Source: Candidatus Saccharimonadales bacterium
GTDB taxonomy: Bacteria > Patescibacteriota > Saccharimonadia > Saccharimonadales > OMJO01
Direction: 5' to 3'
DNA length: 64,000 nucleotides
Assembly: GCA_038216175.1 (NCBI GenBank)
Contig: JBBQQG010000003.1
Location: 450 to 64,449, forward strand
Positions 40,020 to 49,240 of the stretch are shown here, one piece after another. How positions within the stretch are numbered: position 1 is the first letter of the stretch; every line of letters begins with the position of its first letter. Made by a program: the position numbers and the translations under genes. The notes beneath the pieces are model-generated. The model was not told the origin of the DNA. It made no database searches and was given only the letters and a program-made list of their open reading frames with translations.

Positions 40020-42674
40020 ATGAACCAAGTTACGCCTAAAAAACTTGCAATTATCGACGGCAAGTCGGTATTTTACCGGGGATATTATGCAATGCCGAAT
40101 CTGAGCACAAAAGATGGTGTGCCGACCGGCGGCGTGTTTGGTTTCGCAACTATGGCCTTAGAAGTATTAAAAAAACTTAAACCGGATTATGTCTGTGTAG
40201 CCTGGGACAAGCCTAAAACAAATATCAGAAAACGACTAGAACTGTATCCTCTATATAAGGCTGGACGACGCAAGCCACCTCCGGATTTTTACGTCCAAAT
40301 TCCAATATTGCATGAACTTCTTGGTGCTTTCGGTTGGCCTTTATACGAGTTAGATGATTATGAAGCCGACGATATTATGGGTGCGCTAGCGGTACAGGCG
40401 ACTGAAAAAGGGATAGATACCCAGTTAATAACATCAGATTTAGACATGCTTCAATTAGTAAATAAAAACGTACATGTCTACGCACTCAAAAAAGGACTCA
40501 GCAATATTGAATTATTCCGACCGGAAACGTTCATTCTAAAATATGGTATTACTCCAGATCAATTCTTAGATCTAAAGTCGCTAAAAGGCGACAGTTCAGA
40601 CAATATACCTGGTGTACCAGGGATTGGTGAAAAGGGCGCAATTGACCTTCTAAAACAATTCAAAACTTTGGACGGAGTTTATGAAAACTTGGATTTAATA
40701 AAAGATAGTCTTCGGCAGAAACTTGAGAAAGGGAAAGAATCAGCCGAACTAAGCAAGAAATTAGCTGCAATTTGGACCGACGCACCGATCAAGCTCAATT
40801 TAGAAGAAGTAGACGGCAGCAAATGCCAGCCTGAAAAAGTAAGGGATGTACTCCAGAAGTTAGAATTTAGAAGTTTGGTCCGGCAGCTGCCTGATGTGAT
40901 GAGAGTACCTAAGCATACAGATGATATCTCAAGTGCTATGTATGAGCATGAAACTGATAAAAAAAGTACTTTAATTAGCACAGCCAAGCAATTAAAAGAT
41001 ATAGATATGTCGGAGTCTAGCCATTTATTTGTTCATAGCCGGAGTGCTGGAAAGCACGGCAAAGACCCGCAGTATTTTATTATTAGTGACGGAAAGATTT
41101 TTTATGTTCTCGACCTTAAAGTTTTACCAAGAGATCAAACAAAAAGTTTACTCGAAAAACTGCTATTTAATAAAAAATTAATCGGCTACGACGTTAAGTC
41201 AACTATTAAGATGGGTTATAATCTTGGATTAAAACTAGAAAATGTTGGACATGATATTTTAATTGGTGCCTTTCTTCTTAATAGTTTGAGAAGAGAACAA
41301 ACTCTTACTGAACTGGCATTTTCTGATCTGGGCTATGATGGCTCAAATGTAGAAGAGCTAACTAGTGACGAGTTTATTTCAAGAGCACCGGAGATAATTT
41401 CAATTATCCAAGCTTTGTATTTAAAACAAGACGAAGATTTGCAGACTATGCCGAAACTTGCCAAATTAGCTGAAGAAATTGAATGGCCAGTTATTCCAGT
41501 TCTTGCCAGTATGGAATATGAAGGTATCCGCCTTGATACAGGATATTTAGAAATTATGGGCGAACAACTAACAGATCAGATTAGCGATATAGAGCAACAG
41601 ATTTATGGCCATGCCGACCAAGAATTTAATATCAGTAGTCCAGCTCAGCTTGCCGATATTTTATTCAATCATTTAAAGCTTCCGACTGCGTTTATTAAAA
41701 AAGGTAAAACCGGATTTTCTACAGCCGCTAGTGAACTTGATAAACTTCGTGAGTCCCATCCGATAATAAACTTAATTACACTTTATAGGGAATACACAAA
41801 ACTTAAAAATACTTATGTCGATACATTGCCAACGATGGTAGATGACCGATCGAGAGTCCATACTACGTATAACTTAACAATAGCTCAGACTGGCAGGCTC
41901 AGCAGCACAGATCCTAACTTGCAGAATATCCCGGTTAGAACAGAATTAGGCAAACAAATACGAACTGCATTCGTAGCATCGCCAGGCAAAGTTCTAGTAA
42001 GTGCAGATTACAGTCAATTTGAGCTTAGGCTTGCAGCATATTTAGCGGTTGATGAAGAACTAATGGAAATGTTTAATGGAGGTGCCGATGTCCATACTAT
42101 GACGGCGGCCCAGGTTTATGGTCGAGATCCGGACGAAGTGACTAAACAGATGCGACGAGATGCTAAGGTTATTAATTTTGGTGTACTTTATGGTATGAGT
42201 CCACATGGTTTAAGCGTTGCAACTGGTATGACCCAGAATGCCGCTAAAACGTTTATTGATAAATATTTTGAGCTTCGCAAACCGTTGCTTGAATATATGA
42301 ATGGACTACGCGAGAAAGCCAGGAATGACGGCTACGTTGAAACTTTATTTGGTCGTCGCAGACCGACGCCCGATATTCACTCCAGCAATTTTGTCGTGCG
42401 TTCGGCAGCCGAAAGAGCTGCAATTAATATGCCGATTCAGGGCACCGAAGCCGATTTGATGAAGATGGCTATGATAGCTGTTCAGTCCGAGTTAAAAGCT
42501 AGGCAAGACTGCAAACTACTTCTCCAAATTCATGATTCTTTAATCATTGAATGCCCAGAAGAAAAAGCTAGCGAGATCGAGGAATTATTAAAAAATATAA
42601 TGGAAAATATTTACAAGTTGCCAGTGAGATTAGACGTAGATGTAACCAAAGGTAGAAACTGGGGTGAATTATAG
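40020..42674 (+). CDS. polA: DNA polymerase I
   Basis: 5'-3' exonuclease YEADD and GDSSDNIPG; polymerase TGRLSS.PNLQNIP, DYSQFELR, QIHD. Confidence 0.97.
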   Translation: MNQVTPKKLAIIDGKSVFYRGYYAMPNLSTKDGVPTGGVFGFATMALEVLKKLKPDYVCVAWDKPKTNIRKRLELYPLYKAGRRKPPPDFYVQIPILHELLGAFGWPLYELDDYEADDIMGALAVQATEKGIDTQLITSDLDMLQLVNKNVHVYALKKGLSNIELFRPETFILKYGITPDQFLDLKSLKGDSSDNIPGVPGIGEKGAIDLLKQFKTLDGVYENLDLIKDSLRQKLEKGKESAELSKKLAAIWTDAPIKLNLEEVDGSKCQPEKVRDVLQKLEFRSLVRQLPDVMRVPKHTDDISSAMYEHETDKKSTLISTAKQLKDIDMSESSHLFVHSRSAGKHGKDPQYFIISDGKIFYVLDLKVLPRDQTKSLLEKLLFNKKLIGYDVKSTIKMGYNLGLKLENVGHDILIGAFLLNSLRREQTLTELAFSDLGYDGSNVEELTSDEFISRAPEIISIIQALYLKQDEDLQTMPKLAKLAEEIEWPVIPVLASMEYEGIRLDTGYLEIMGEQLTDQISDIEQQIYGHADQEFNISSPAQLADILFNHLKLPTAFIKKGKTGFSTAASELDKLRESHPIINLITLYREYTKLKNTYVDTLPTMVDDRSRVHTTYNLTIAQTGRLSSTDPNLQNIPVRTELGKQIRTAFVASPGKVLVSADYSQFELRLAAYLAVDEELMEMFNGGADVHTMTAAQVYGRDPDEVTKQMRRDAKVINFGVLYGMSPHGLSVATGMTQNAAKTFIDKYFELRKPLLEYMNGLREKARNDGYVETLFGRRRPTPDIHSSNFVVRSAAERAAINMPIQGTEADLMKMAMIAVQSELKARQDCKLLLQIHDSLIIECPEEKASEIEELLKNIMENIYKLPVRLDVDVTKGRNWGEL

Positions 42675-42923
42675 CTAATTCGCTATTGCCATTGCCTCAG
42701 TCCTAGCTTTTCTAATAGCTAGTTTTTCATTTCTTTGATCAATAGTTTGGTCTAGCTTTCTTAGATTTTCAAAAAGAGTATCACGGTCTTTTTGAGCCTT
42801 ATCGTCTAAGCCCTCAATATTTTCTATATCCCAATGTTCAAGTATTGGATCAACCACTTTTTCTTTAAATATTCCAAGGCTGTAAATACCTTTCAATGCA
42901 ATACGGGCACTATGGCGGTCATA
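42675..42923 (-). pseudogene. C-terminal fragment resembling acyl-ACP desaturase (DesA-like)
   Basis: YDRHSARIALKGIYSLGIFKEKVVDPILEHWDIENIEGLDDKAQKDRDTL resembles recalled DesA C-terminus (IA..G.Y.L......V..P.L..W); no ATG, upstream in-frame TAA. Confidence 0.5.
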
Positions 42924-42981
42924 TAATCTCCGTTACAATATAATTATAGCTGTTAAATCGTCATTCTACTAGTAGTCTTAA

Positions 42982-43008
42982 CGAGACTATACCCTAACGC
43001 CATGTAAA
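42982..43008 (+). repeat. Left terminal inverted repeat
   Basis: CGAGACTATACCCTAACGCCATGTAAA. Confidence 0.85.
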
Positions 43009-43261
43009 TGGAATGCTAATCATTATTGCTTCTTCGCCCTACTCCCCTAGGGCAATATTACTCATGGTTTACCGAATAAGTTGTGGAATAATTCGTGGTA
43101 CCTACCCTTACAAGTAATACGGGTAGGAGGGTTTGGCAAATGAAAGTAATAACTAGCAGACAAAAAAGAAAACGAAGAATAATAAACCTTAAGACACTAA
43201 AGAAAACTAATCATGAAAACTAAATCCAAAAGAACTAACTAACCTACATAACTATCTATCA

Positions 43262-44122
43262 ATGAAACTACCTAAGCTAACGAAGAAACAACAAGAAATA
43301 CTAAAGCTCCTATATAGCTATAGATTCTTAAACAGAATACAGATACAAGCTTTAATGGGTCACAAGGACTATAAAACTATTAACCTATGGCTTAGAGATT
43401 TAAGACAAAAACAGTACACTGAGTGGATCTACTCAACACACTATGCTGAGCGGACTAAACCAGCAGTCTACTACTTAGGCATCAATGGTATTCGGTATCT
43501 TAAAACGCTAAATAGAGATGGCCATGATGATGAAAAAGACAGTCCCACTTATCCCTTAGAAGAACTTCGTAAACGCTACCGCGAGTCGTCACGGAGCAAA
43601 ACCTACATTGATCGCTGCCTATTGATGGCAGATTGTTGCATCACGCTAAAACGTGAGTCTACTGAGAATGAACCTTATTACTATGAAACTGAAGCTTACA
43701 TGCGAGCTGGTGGTTACTACCAGTTCTTGGTAGACAGTGAGCTAGTCCAACCTGATTTATGCTTCTCAGAAGATACCTATGATGCCAAGACCAAAGAAAC
43801 TAAAACCGTAAAGTGTTATCTGTTGGAGGTATTTGACGCTACTTTACCAAGATACAGGATCAAAAAACGGCTCAATAACTATGTGGAGTATCTAGATAGT
43901 AGTGACTGGGTAGATGAAACTGACAATGATGACTTACCGACTATCTTATTAGTCTGTCCAAGAACTAGTGATTTAATCTACGCAAAGCGAAGAACTAGAG
44001 GGCTTATAGCTGACACATGGGAATACGACGATGAAGGAAGAGAGAATATACATATACAGTTTGCGACCGTAGATGAATTAAAGAAGCATGGAGTTTTAGG
44101 AGAGGTATGGGAGGAGGCGTAG
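43262..44122 (+). CDS. Replication-relaxation (Replic_Relax-like) family protein
   Basis: wHTH start IL.LLYSYRFLNRIQIQ..WLRDL, VYYLGINGI, then QPDL..YLLEV..RL..Y nuclease-like core. Confidence 0.75.
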   Translation: MKLPKLTKKQQEILKLLYSYRFLNRIQIQALMGHKDYKTINLWLRDLRQKQYTEWIYSTHYAERTKPAVYYLGINGIRYLKTLNRDGHDDEKDSPTYPLEELRKRYRESSRSKTYIDRCLLMADCCITLKRESTENEPYYYETEAYMRAGGYYQFLVDSELVQPDLCFSEDTYDAKTKETKTVKCYLLEVFDATLPRYRIKKRLNNYVEYLDSSDWVDETDNDDLPTILLVCPRTSDLIYAKRRTRGLIADTWEYDDEGRENIHIQFATVDELKKHGVLGEVWEEA

Positions 44123-44188
44123 GACACCATCTAACTCGAGCCTAGTGAAACGAGCGCTGATAACTACATGCGAATAGCTATGTAACTT

Positions 44189-44944
44189 CTATTTCGATAA
44201 CTGGCTTTTGAAGTACTCCGTAGTTGAGGAGAACAACTTTTCAGCAGCGCCATCTTCCGTAAATGGATGGCTAGAGTCTGGGATTATGATCTGCGATGTG
44301 TCGGCATCAATGCTGTCTACATAGTTTTTGCCATATCGCTGTTGTTCTTTGCTCCAGCTAGCATTTAAGACACAGGTATTGATCTTAAACTTTGCAGCTG
44401 TCTCTTGGCTTTTGGGATAATCATTATCAAACACAGTCTTTGCATATACATAACCAGAGCCTAGCCCTGATACATAGGCGTTTAAATCTTTAACGAGTGT
44501 AAAATCCTCTGCTAAGTTCTTTTTATTCTGTGGCTCGTCATACCCGTCAGTATGAGTTGGATCCCATAGGGCAGCAGCATTAAATGATTGCTGTTTTGAA
44601 TAGACGGTAGCCATACCACTATAGCTGTGGCCAGCTACACCAATCCATTTTGTACCTTTATCTTTAGCAAAAGCTACGACATCATCAATATCAGCAGCGT
44701 GTGTCATCACATCACTATCTGTTATGTTTCGTGACTTCTCCCCACCACCGTACATACTAAGTCTTAGGGTCGAAAAACCTTCTTTTTCAAAATACCTAGC
44801 CGCATTGTACAAGAGCATTTCATGCATCCAGCCACCATAGCCATGGCACAGAACGATCAGGGGATGCTCATAGTCTCCCCTTAGCGTGCCATACATGAAT
44901 AGATTGCTAGCCGAAAGCGGTATCTTGACTTCTTTTTCTTTCAT
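44189..44944 (-). CDS. Alpha/beta hydrolase
   Basis: LCHGYGG, GHSYSG nucleophile elbow, SSHPF. Confidence 0.85.
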   Translation of the reverse strand: MKEKEVKIPLSASNLFMYGTLRGDYEHPLIVLCHGYGGWMHEMLLYNAARYFEKEGFSTLRLSMYGGGEKSRNITDSDVMTHAADIDDVVAFAKDKGTKWIGVAGHSYSGMATVYSKQQSFNAAALWDPTHTDGYDEPQNKKNLAEDFTLVKDLNAYVSGLGSGYVYAKTVFDNDYPKSQETAAKFKINTCVLNASWSKEQQRYGKNYVDSIDADTSQIIIPDSSHPFTEDGAAEKLFSSTTEYFKSQLSK

Positions 44945-44968
44945 TCCCTAATGATAGCAAAACTAATC

Positions 44969-44995
44969 AAAAAAGACCTCCTTTTACAGAGGTCT
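44969..44995 (-). terminator. Intrinsic terminator downstream of peptidase E gene
   Basis: AGACCTC/GAGGTCT stem followed on the minus strand by a T run. Confidence 0.55.
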
Positions 44996-45127
44996 AAGCA
45001 TAAGCTGTTTGCTAACTGAGCTAGCGTCGAAATGGAACCAAATAAAACGAGAACTTATAGCAATGTGGGAGATTGTCAATGACGTGCGGAAAGAAACTAC
45101 TGTTAGGCTTTAGGTGGCAGGAGTTAA

Positions 45128-45763
45128 TCAGGCTGGCTGTTTGTTGTCAAAAATTAAAACTTCAGCATCTGAAATAGCTTTATACTTAATGCCATGATCC
45201 TCACAGTATTCAATTCCGCGATCAATCGCAGCACTTTCTGGATGGTCAGAATGCCAGTGAGGCATAAAAGCAAAATCAACCAGACCCAAGCCCTCCCATA
45301 TAACTTCATCAAGTTCTTCATAAGGAGTGATTGTGGCATCACCTACCACTTGATATGGCTTTAAAGAGGGCGCCAATACACAACCAGCCGCGCTATAACC
45401 AGAATATAGAAAGCTAGGATCAGAATTGAGATTAATGAGTGTTTCGTCTAAACCACTTAGCTTCATTGCTTGGCGTAGGACAAACACATTTCCACCCATA
45501 ACAAATACCGAACCTTTAGCTTCTATGACTGCTTTCAACTTATTTTTATTACCAAAGTAATCTTTTAGATCTACGACTTCTGCGTTCAAGCCGATCTCTC
45601 CTAAACGCATAACCTTGTTTTCTAGGCTTTCTGCGGTGCGTTGGCTGTCTGCTCCTCTAAAGTCCAAGGCATTAGGGATGATTGCAATTTCATCAGTGGG
45701 AGCAAGCTCTTTTAGCTGGTTCTTCTGGTTACCAAATTTAAATGATGATAGATAAAACTTCAT
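45128..45763 (-). CDS. Peptidase S51 (peptidase E) family
   Basis: IIPNALD, MGGNVFVLR, GYSAAG, GLGLV, MPHW. Confidence 0.85.
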   Translation of the reverse strand: MKFYLSSFKFGNQKNQLKELAPTDEIAIIPNALDFRGADSQRTAESLENKVMRLGEIGLNAEVVDLKDYFGNKNKLKAVIEAKGSVFVMGGNVFVLRQAMKLSGLDETLINLNSDPSFLYSGYSAAGCVLAPSLKPYQVVGDATITPYEELDEVIWEGLGLVDFAFMPHWHSDHPESAAIDRGIEYCEDHGIKYKAISDAEVLIFDNKQPA

Positions 45764-45787
45764 GGTTACATCATACCAAAAGCAAAT

Positions 45788-46291
45788 TTAACTGACTGGT
45801 ACGGCTGGTCTATAAGCGTCGCTTAGGGCGGCCGTGTGAACTGTTAGACTTGTAGTATCCGCTCTCTCGGCAGGAATTGGCAGGCCTAAAGTTTCGGCTC
45901 TCTCTGTTAGAGTATCGTATAGCTGTTCATTCATGCCATGACGCAAGTCTATCCACTTTTTAAAACCAAAGGGATGTATTTGGAAATTATGAGGAGCATT
46001 GTCACCAATCGCTATAGGATAAGTTGGTTCATAGACTACAGCAAGTTGAGGTACTTTACTGATTTCGTCTGAACGGTAGCCTCGCATCGGTTTAGGGGCA
46101 GCCAGCAAAACTACCCTTTCTGTAACGGGTTCGGTTACTGGAGGTAATTTAGACCACATAGCATGAACTATTCTTGCCGCACGGTTTTTGCGAGCTTCAT
46201 CAACAAGACCATCTATATACTCAGCATCAAACATACTATGAGCATATACTTCAGGCGTAAATCTTTCATAACCTTTGCTTGTGCTTGTCAT
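45788..46291 (-). CDS. Hypothetical protein (transposon passenger)
   Basis: ORF with ATG start MTSTSK. Confidence 0.6.
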   Translation of the reverse strand: MTSTSKGYERFTPEVYAHSMFDAEYIDGLVDEARKNRAARIVHAMWSKLPPVTEPVTERVVLLAAPKPMRGYRSDEISKVPQLAVVYEPTYPIAIGDNAPHNFQIHPFGFKKWIDLRHGMNEQLYDTLTERAETLGLPIPAERADTTSLTVHTAALSDAYRPAVPVS

Positions 46292-46453
46292 AAAGTATAT
46301 ATTAACATAATCGTAATAAATAATCAATAGAACTACAGGAGTTTCTGTATCGCACTATAATTGCTACATGACAGTAATTAACATTGGCAATGACTCTTTG
46401 GTAGCGAAGGCAGTGCTCGAACTAATTCTTAGTCACAATGCTAAACTAAACAC

Positions 46454-46669
46454 ATGACTCAATCTAAGAAAAAGCCCTTAACCGACGAACAGCGCCAAGT
46501 CTTTGTAGATAACTTGCCACCAGATCAAGTTAATCCTGATGCCAAAGAAACCTTTGAAGAGGCTATTGAACTCGCCGCGAAGCAGAAGCAATCAAAACCG
46601 GAAACACTGGCTGCTGACGATGGTTATAACGATACACAAACTCATTCACATAAGACTGAAGATACTTAG
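46454..46669 (+). CDS. Small acidic protein convergent with and overlapping the transposase 3' end
   Basis: 71-aa ORF with ATG and natural composition; 107-bp overlap. Confidence 0.5.
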   Translation: MTQSKKKPLTDEQRQVFVDNLPPDQVNPDAKETFEEAIELAAKQKQSKPETLAADDGYNDTQTHSHKTEDT

Positions 46670-47417
46670 GGCTAACACAGTGATACGTTCCATCAATAGA
46701 GCGCTTTAACTGTCCCCAAAATCCTTCAATAGTGTTGGTATGAACCACACCTCGGCCATATTCACCAATACTGTGATTAATGCTGTCGTGCACATAGCCC
46801 AGTCGTTTAAGGGTACTGTAGACTCTGGCTTGGTCACTATAGACAGTTGTACCAACAGCTACACTATTTCTCAGCCTTGGGAGTAAAACTCTAGAGCCAG
46901 CGCTTTTAACATGAGCGGCTTTAACTTTACCGCCTCGCTCCACCATACCAAAGACAATCGCTTTATCCTGAAATGTAATGTCTTTACCTCGTTTATAGCC
47001 ACCAATATATGTTTCATCAGTTTCAATAACACCAGTTAGAGCATCAGTGCCTTGTTGCATTAGCTCTCGGACTTGCTTAGCAATCCGCCAAGCACACTTA
47101 TATGTCACCCCTAGATGTCTTTCTACTTCTTTAGCTGAGACACCATTTTTAGCCACCGAGAAGAGGTATATGATATAAAACCAACTACGCAGTGAAGTAG
47201 CTGATTTATGAAAGATAGTCCCAGACAATGGGTATATCTGATTACCGCAATCCTTACACTCAAAGCACTTCCGGCCACGCACCCTGTAATAGCTTGGGTT
47301 TACTATTCCACACTTTGGACAAGCCGGTATAGTGCCATAGGACTGCTCAAACATATAATCCAGACAACTATTGTCATCCGGGAACGTTTCATTAAAGGTT
47401 TTTATTGTGTATCTCAT
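46563..47417 (-). CDS. IS1595-family DDE transposase
   Basis: Zn ribbon CPKCG..CKDCG, GTIFHKS, ETDETYIGG, YSD, HTNTIEGFW, YVNEFVYRYNHR. Confidence 0.95.
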   Translation of the reverse strand: MRYTIKTFNETFPDDNSCLDYMFEQSYGTIPACPKCGIVNPSYYRVRGRKCFECKDCGNQIYPLSGTIFHKSATSLRSWFYIIYLFSVAKNGVSAKEVERHLGVTYKCAWRIAKQVRELMQQGTDALTGVIETDETYIGGYKRGKDITFQDKAIVFGMVERGGKVKAAHVKSAGSRVLLPRLRNSVAVGTTVYSDQARVYSTLKRLGYVHDSINHSIGEYGRGVVHTNTIEGFWGQLKRSIDGTYHCVSPKYLQSYVNEFVYRYNHRQQPVFPVLIASASRRVQ

Positions 47418-47439
47418 CTGTTTGTAGTGTACACCACTG

Positions 47440-47466
47440 TTTACATGCTGTCAAGGGATAGTCTCG
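47440..47466 (-). repeat. Right terminal inverted repeat
   Basis: Reverse complement CGAGACTATCCCTTGACAGCATGTAAA. Confidence 0.85.
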
Positions 47467-47515
47467 AGTCTTAAGTATTGTAAAACATGCAATAATATGT
47501 TACTATACGTAAAGT

Positions 47516-48076
47516 ATGAAATACTTACTGGGAGTCGCGGCGGTAGTAGTAATTGCGGTACTTGCAATTATCTTTATTTCTTCACCCAAAAAATCTGCAA
47601 ATAATGCAAAAACATCTTCCTCAGCAATTAAATTAACTGATTACATACAAAAAAACAGCCAGGTATCTTTTACTACTCAGGGAAGAATAGTCGGTGATGA
47701 CCAGTATCGTGAACTAAAAATAACAGTCTCACCAAATGAACGAGTAATCGAAGTGCTAGACGGATATAATGAAACTACTGACAGAAATTTAAGTTACGCA
47801 AATAACCGGGCAGCTTATGATGTATTTATTCACTCAATCGACAACGCCGGTTATTTAACAAAACGAAGTACCAGCTTAACTAGTGAAAAAGGTGTCTGCG
47901 CACTAGGGAATCGATACATCTTTGATCTTTCCAGTGACAGTAAACAAATAGTTCGAAGATGGTCAACAAACTGCGGTGGTCAGGGAAGTTTTGGTGGTAG
48001 TTCGTCTACTATTCGTGAACTGTTTCAGGCACAGATAACTGATTATAATAATTTTATAAGTGGCGTGAGCCTTTAA
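47516..48076 (+). CDS. Exported hypothetical protein
   Basis: N-terminal hydrophobic anchor, paired Cys (GVCALG, WSTNCG). Confidence 0.7.
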   Translation: MKYLLGVAAVVVIAVLAIIFISSPKKSANNAKTSSSAIKLTDYIQKNSQVSFTTQGRIVGDDQYRELKITVSPNERVIEVLDGYNETTDRNLSYANNRAAYDVFIHSIDNAGYLTKRSTSLTSEKGVCALGNRYIFDLSSDSKQIVRRWSTNCGGQGSFGGSSSTIRELFQAQITDYNNFISGVSL

Positions 48077-48103
48077 CTTAAGTAATCTGATAGAGTTAAA
48101 GGT

Positions 48104-48682
48104 GTGATAAAAGCGATTATTTTTGATTGTTTCGGTGTAATTTATCCAGATACTTTGTCTTTGATTTCTCGGCACTTTAAAGTCCCCGTCGATAAGAAAC
48201 TAGAAATTAGAAATCTTAGAATACTAAGCGATCAAGGCAATATAAATCGAAACGAGTTCTGGGATGGTATAGCTAAAATAGTCGGCAAATCTAGACATGA
48301 TATTGAAAATGAACTTAATAATTTTAGTGGCGCAGATTGGGAACTTCTTGAATATATAAAATTACTAAAAAAATCTTATAAAACCGGAATATTGTCGAAT
48401 GTTGGTAGCGGTTTCCTTGATCGTATCTTTGATGATAAGCATATTAAACAGGATTATTTCGATGCCGTTATGGCGAGCGCAGAAATAGGCTATATGAAAC
48501 CTGAAATAAACGCATATCTAATCTCGGCAAATAGGCTAGCTACCAAACCAGGTGAGTGCGTTATGATAGATGATCAGAAAAGACACGTTGACGGTGCGAT
48601 ATCAGCCGGTATGAAAGCAATTATCTATCAGAACTTTGACCAGATGAAGCTGGAACTGGCAAAAACCTTAGCTGTCAGTTGA
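48104..48682 (+). CDS. HAD-superfamily phosphatase
   Basis: IIFDCFGV, LSN, MKPE, MIDD. Confidence 0.88.
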   Translation: MIKAIIFDCFGVIYPDTLSLISRHFKVPVDKKLEIRNLRILSDQGNINRNEFWDGIAKIVGKSRHDIENELNNFSGADWELLEYIKLLKKSYKTGILSNVGSGFLDRIFDDKHIKQDYFDAVMASAEIGYMKPEINAYLISANRLATKPGECVMIDDQKRHVDGAISAGMKAIIYQNFDQMKLELAKTLAVS

Positions 48683-48732
48683 CGTAAGAGTTATAATTAA
48701 TAGTACTAAGTACAAAACTAATACAAACAAGG

Positions 48733-48927
48733 ATGATAATTATGGCTTTACAGCAAATCAGTTTAGATGTTAGGCAAGAGAACTATGATCAGTTCCCGTT
48801 AATCGTAGGTGGTCTAGAAAACATGAGTGACTCGCATCTACCTCTCGATCACGAAAGGGATGGTTTTATAATTCACGTTCACCCGGCATTAGCATCAAGT
48901 GTCGAAATTGTACCGGTAGAGTTTTAA
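48733..48927 (+). CDS. Small hypothetical protein
   Basis: 64-aa ORF with AAGGA and upstream TTGACG promoter-like box. Confidence 0.45.
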   Translation: MIIMALQQISLDVRQENYDQFPLIVGGLENMSDSHLPLDHERDGFIIHVHPALASSVEIVPVEF

Positions 48928-48928
48928 T

Positions 48929-49168
48929 TTAATCACCGATTCGTATTAGAAACTTCTTTTTTGTATTACATAGTTTTTGTAATTCAAATAACTTAGGCCT
49001 TAAACTACCGGCAAGAGCCGCGCTATTAACAATTATTACCACCTGGTTGTCTTTAACCAGAACCTTGACAGCTATATCATAAGTTTTCAATACAAAATCT
49101 TTAATTATCGAAATTTCAGGAGGTTCAGTGAATCTTGTATTTGAAAATAAGTTACTTATATTATCCAT
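48929..49168 (-). CDS. Small protein, possibly DciA/DUF721-like
   Basis: VVIIVNSAALAGSLR resembles the DciA KH-like core. Confidence 0.5.
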   Translation of the reverse strand: MDNISNLFSNTRFTEPPEISIIKDFVLKTYDIAVKVLVKDNQVVIIVNSAALAGSLRPKLFELQKLCNTKKKFLIRIGD

Positions 49169-49240
49169 TATTGTATTGTAGCTTAAGCTCGGCAGAGAGT
49201 TAGTAATTTTTACACTTTCACTTTAGGTTACAATAAAGTA

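Larger units (their letters stand above)
42982..47466 (-). mobile_element. IS1595-family transposon with passenger genes (4,485 bp)
   Basis: TIRs 42982-43008 and 47440-47466 (22/27 identical); exact 8-bp direct repeat AGTCTTAA at 42974-42981 and 47467-47474; IS1595 transposase at the right end. Confidence 0.9.

Noticed and set aside
47208-47474. 88-aa + strand ORF across the transposase start and TIR
   Set aside because: Antisense to the transposase and runs through the TIR/TSD; likely spurious
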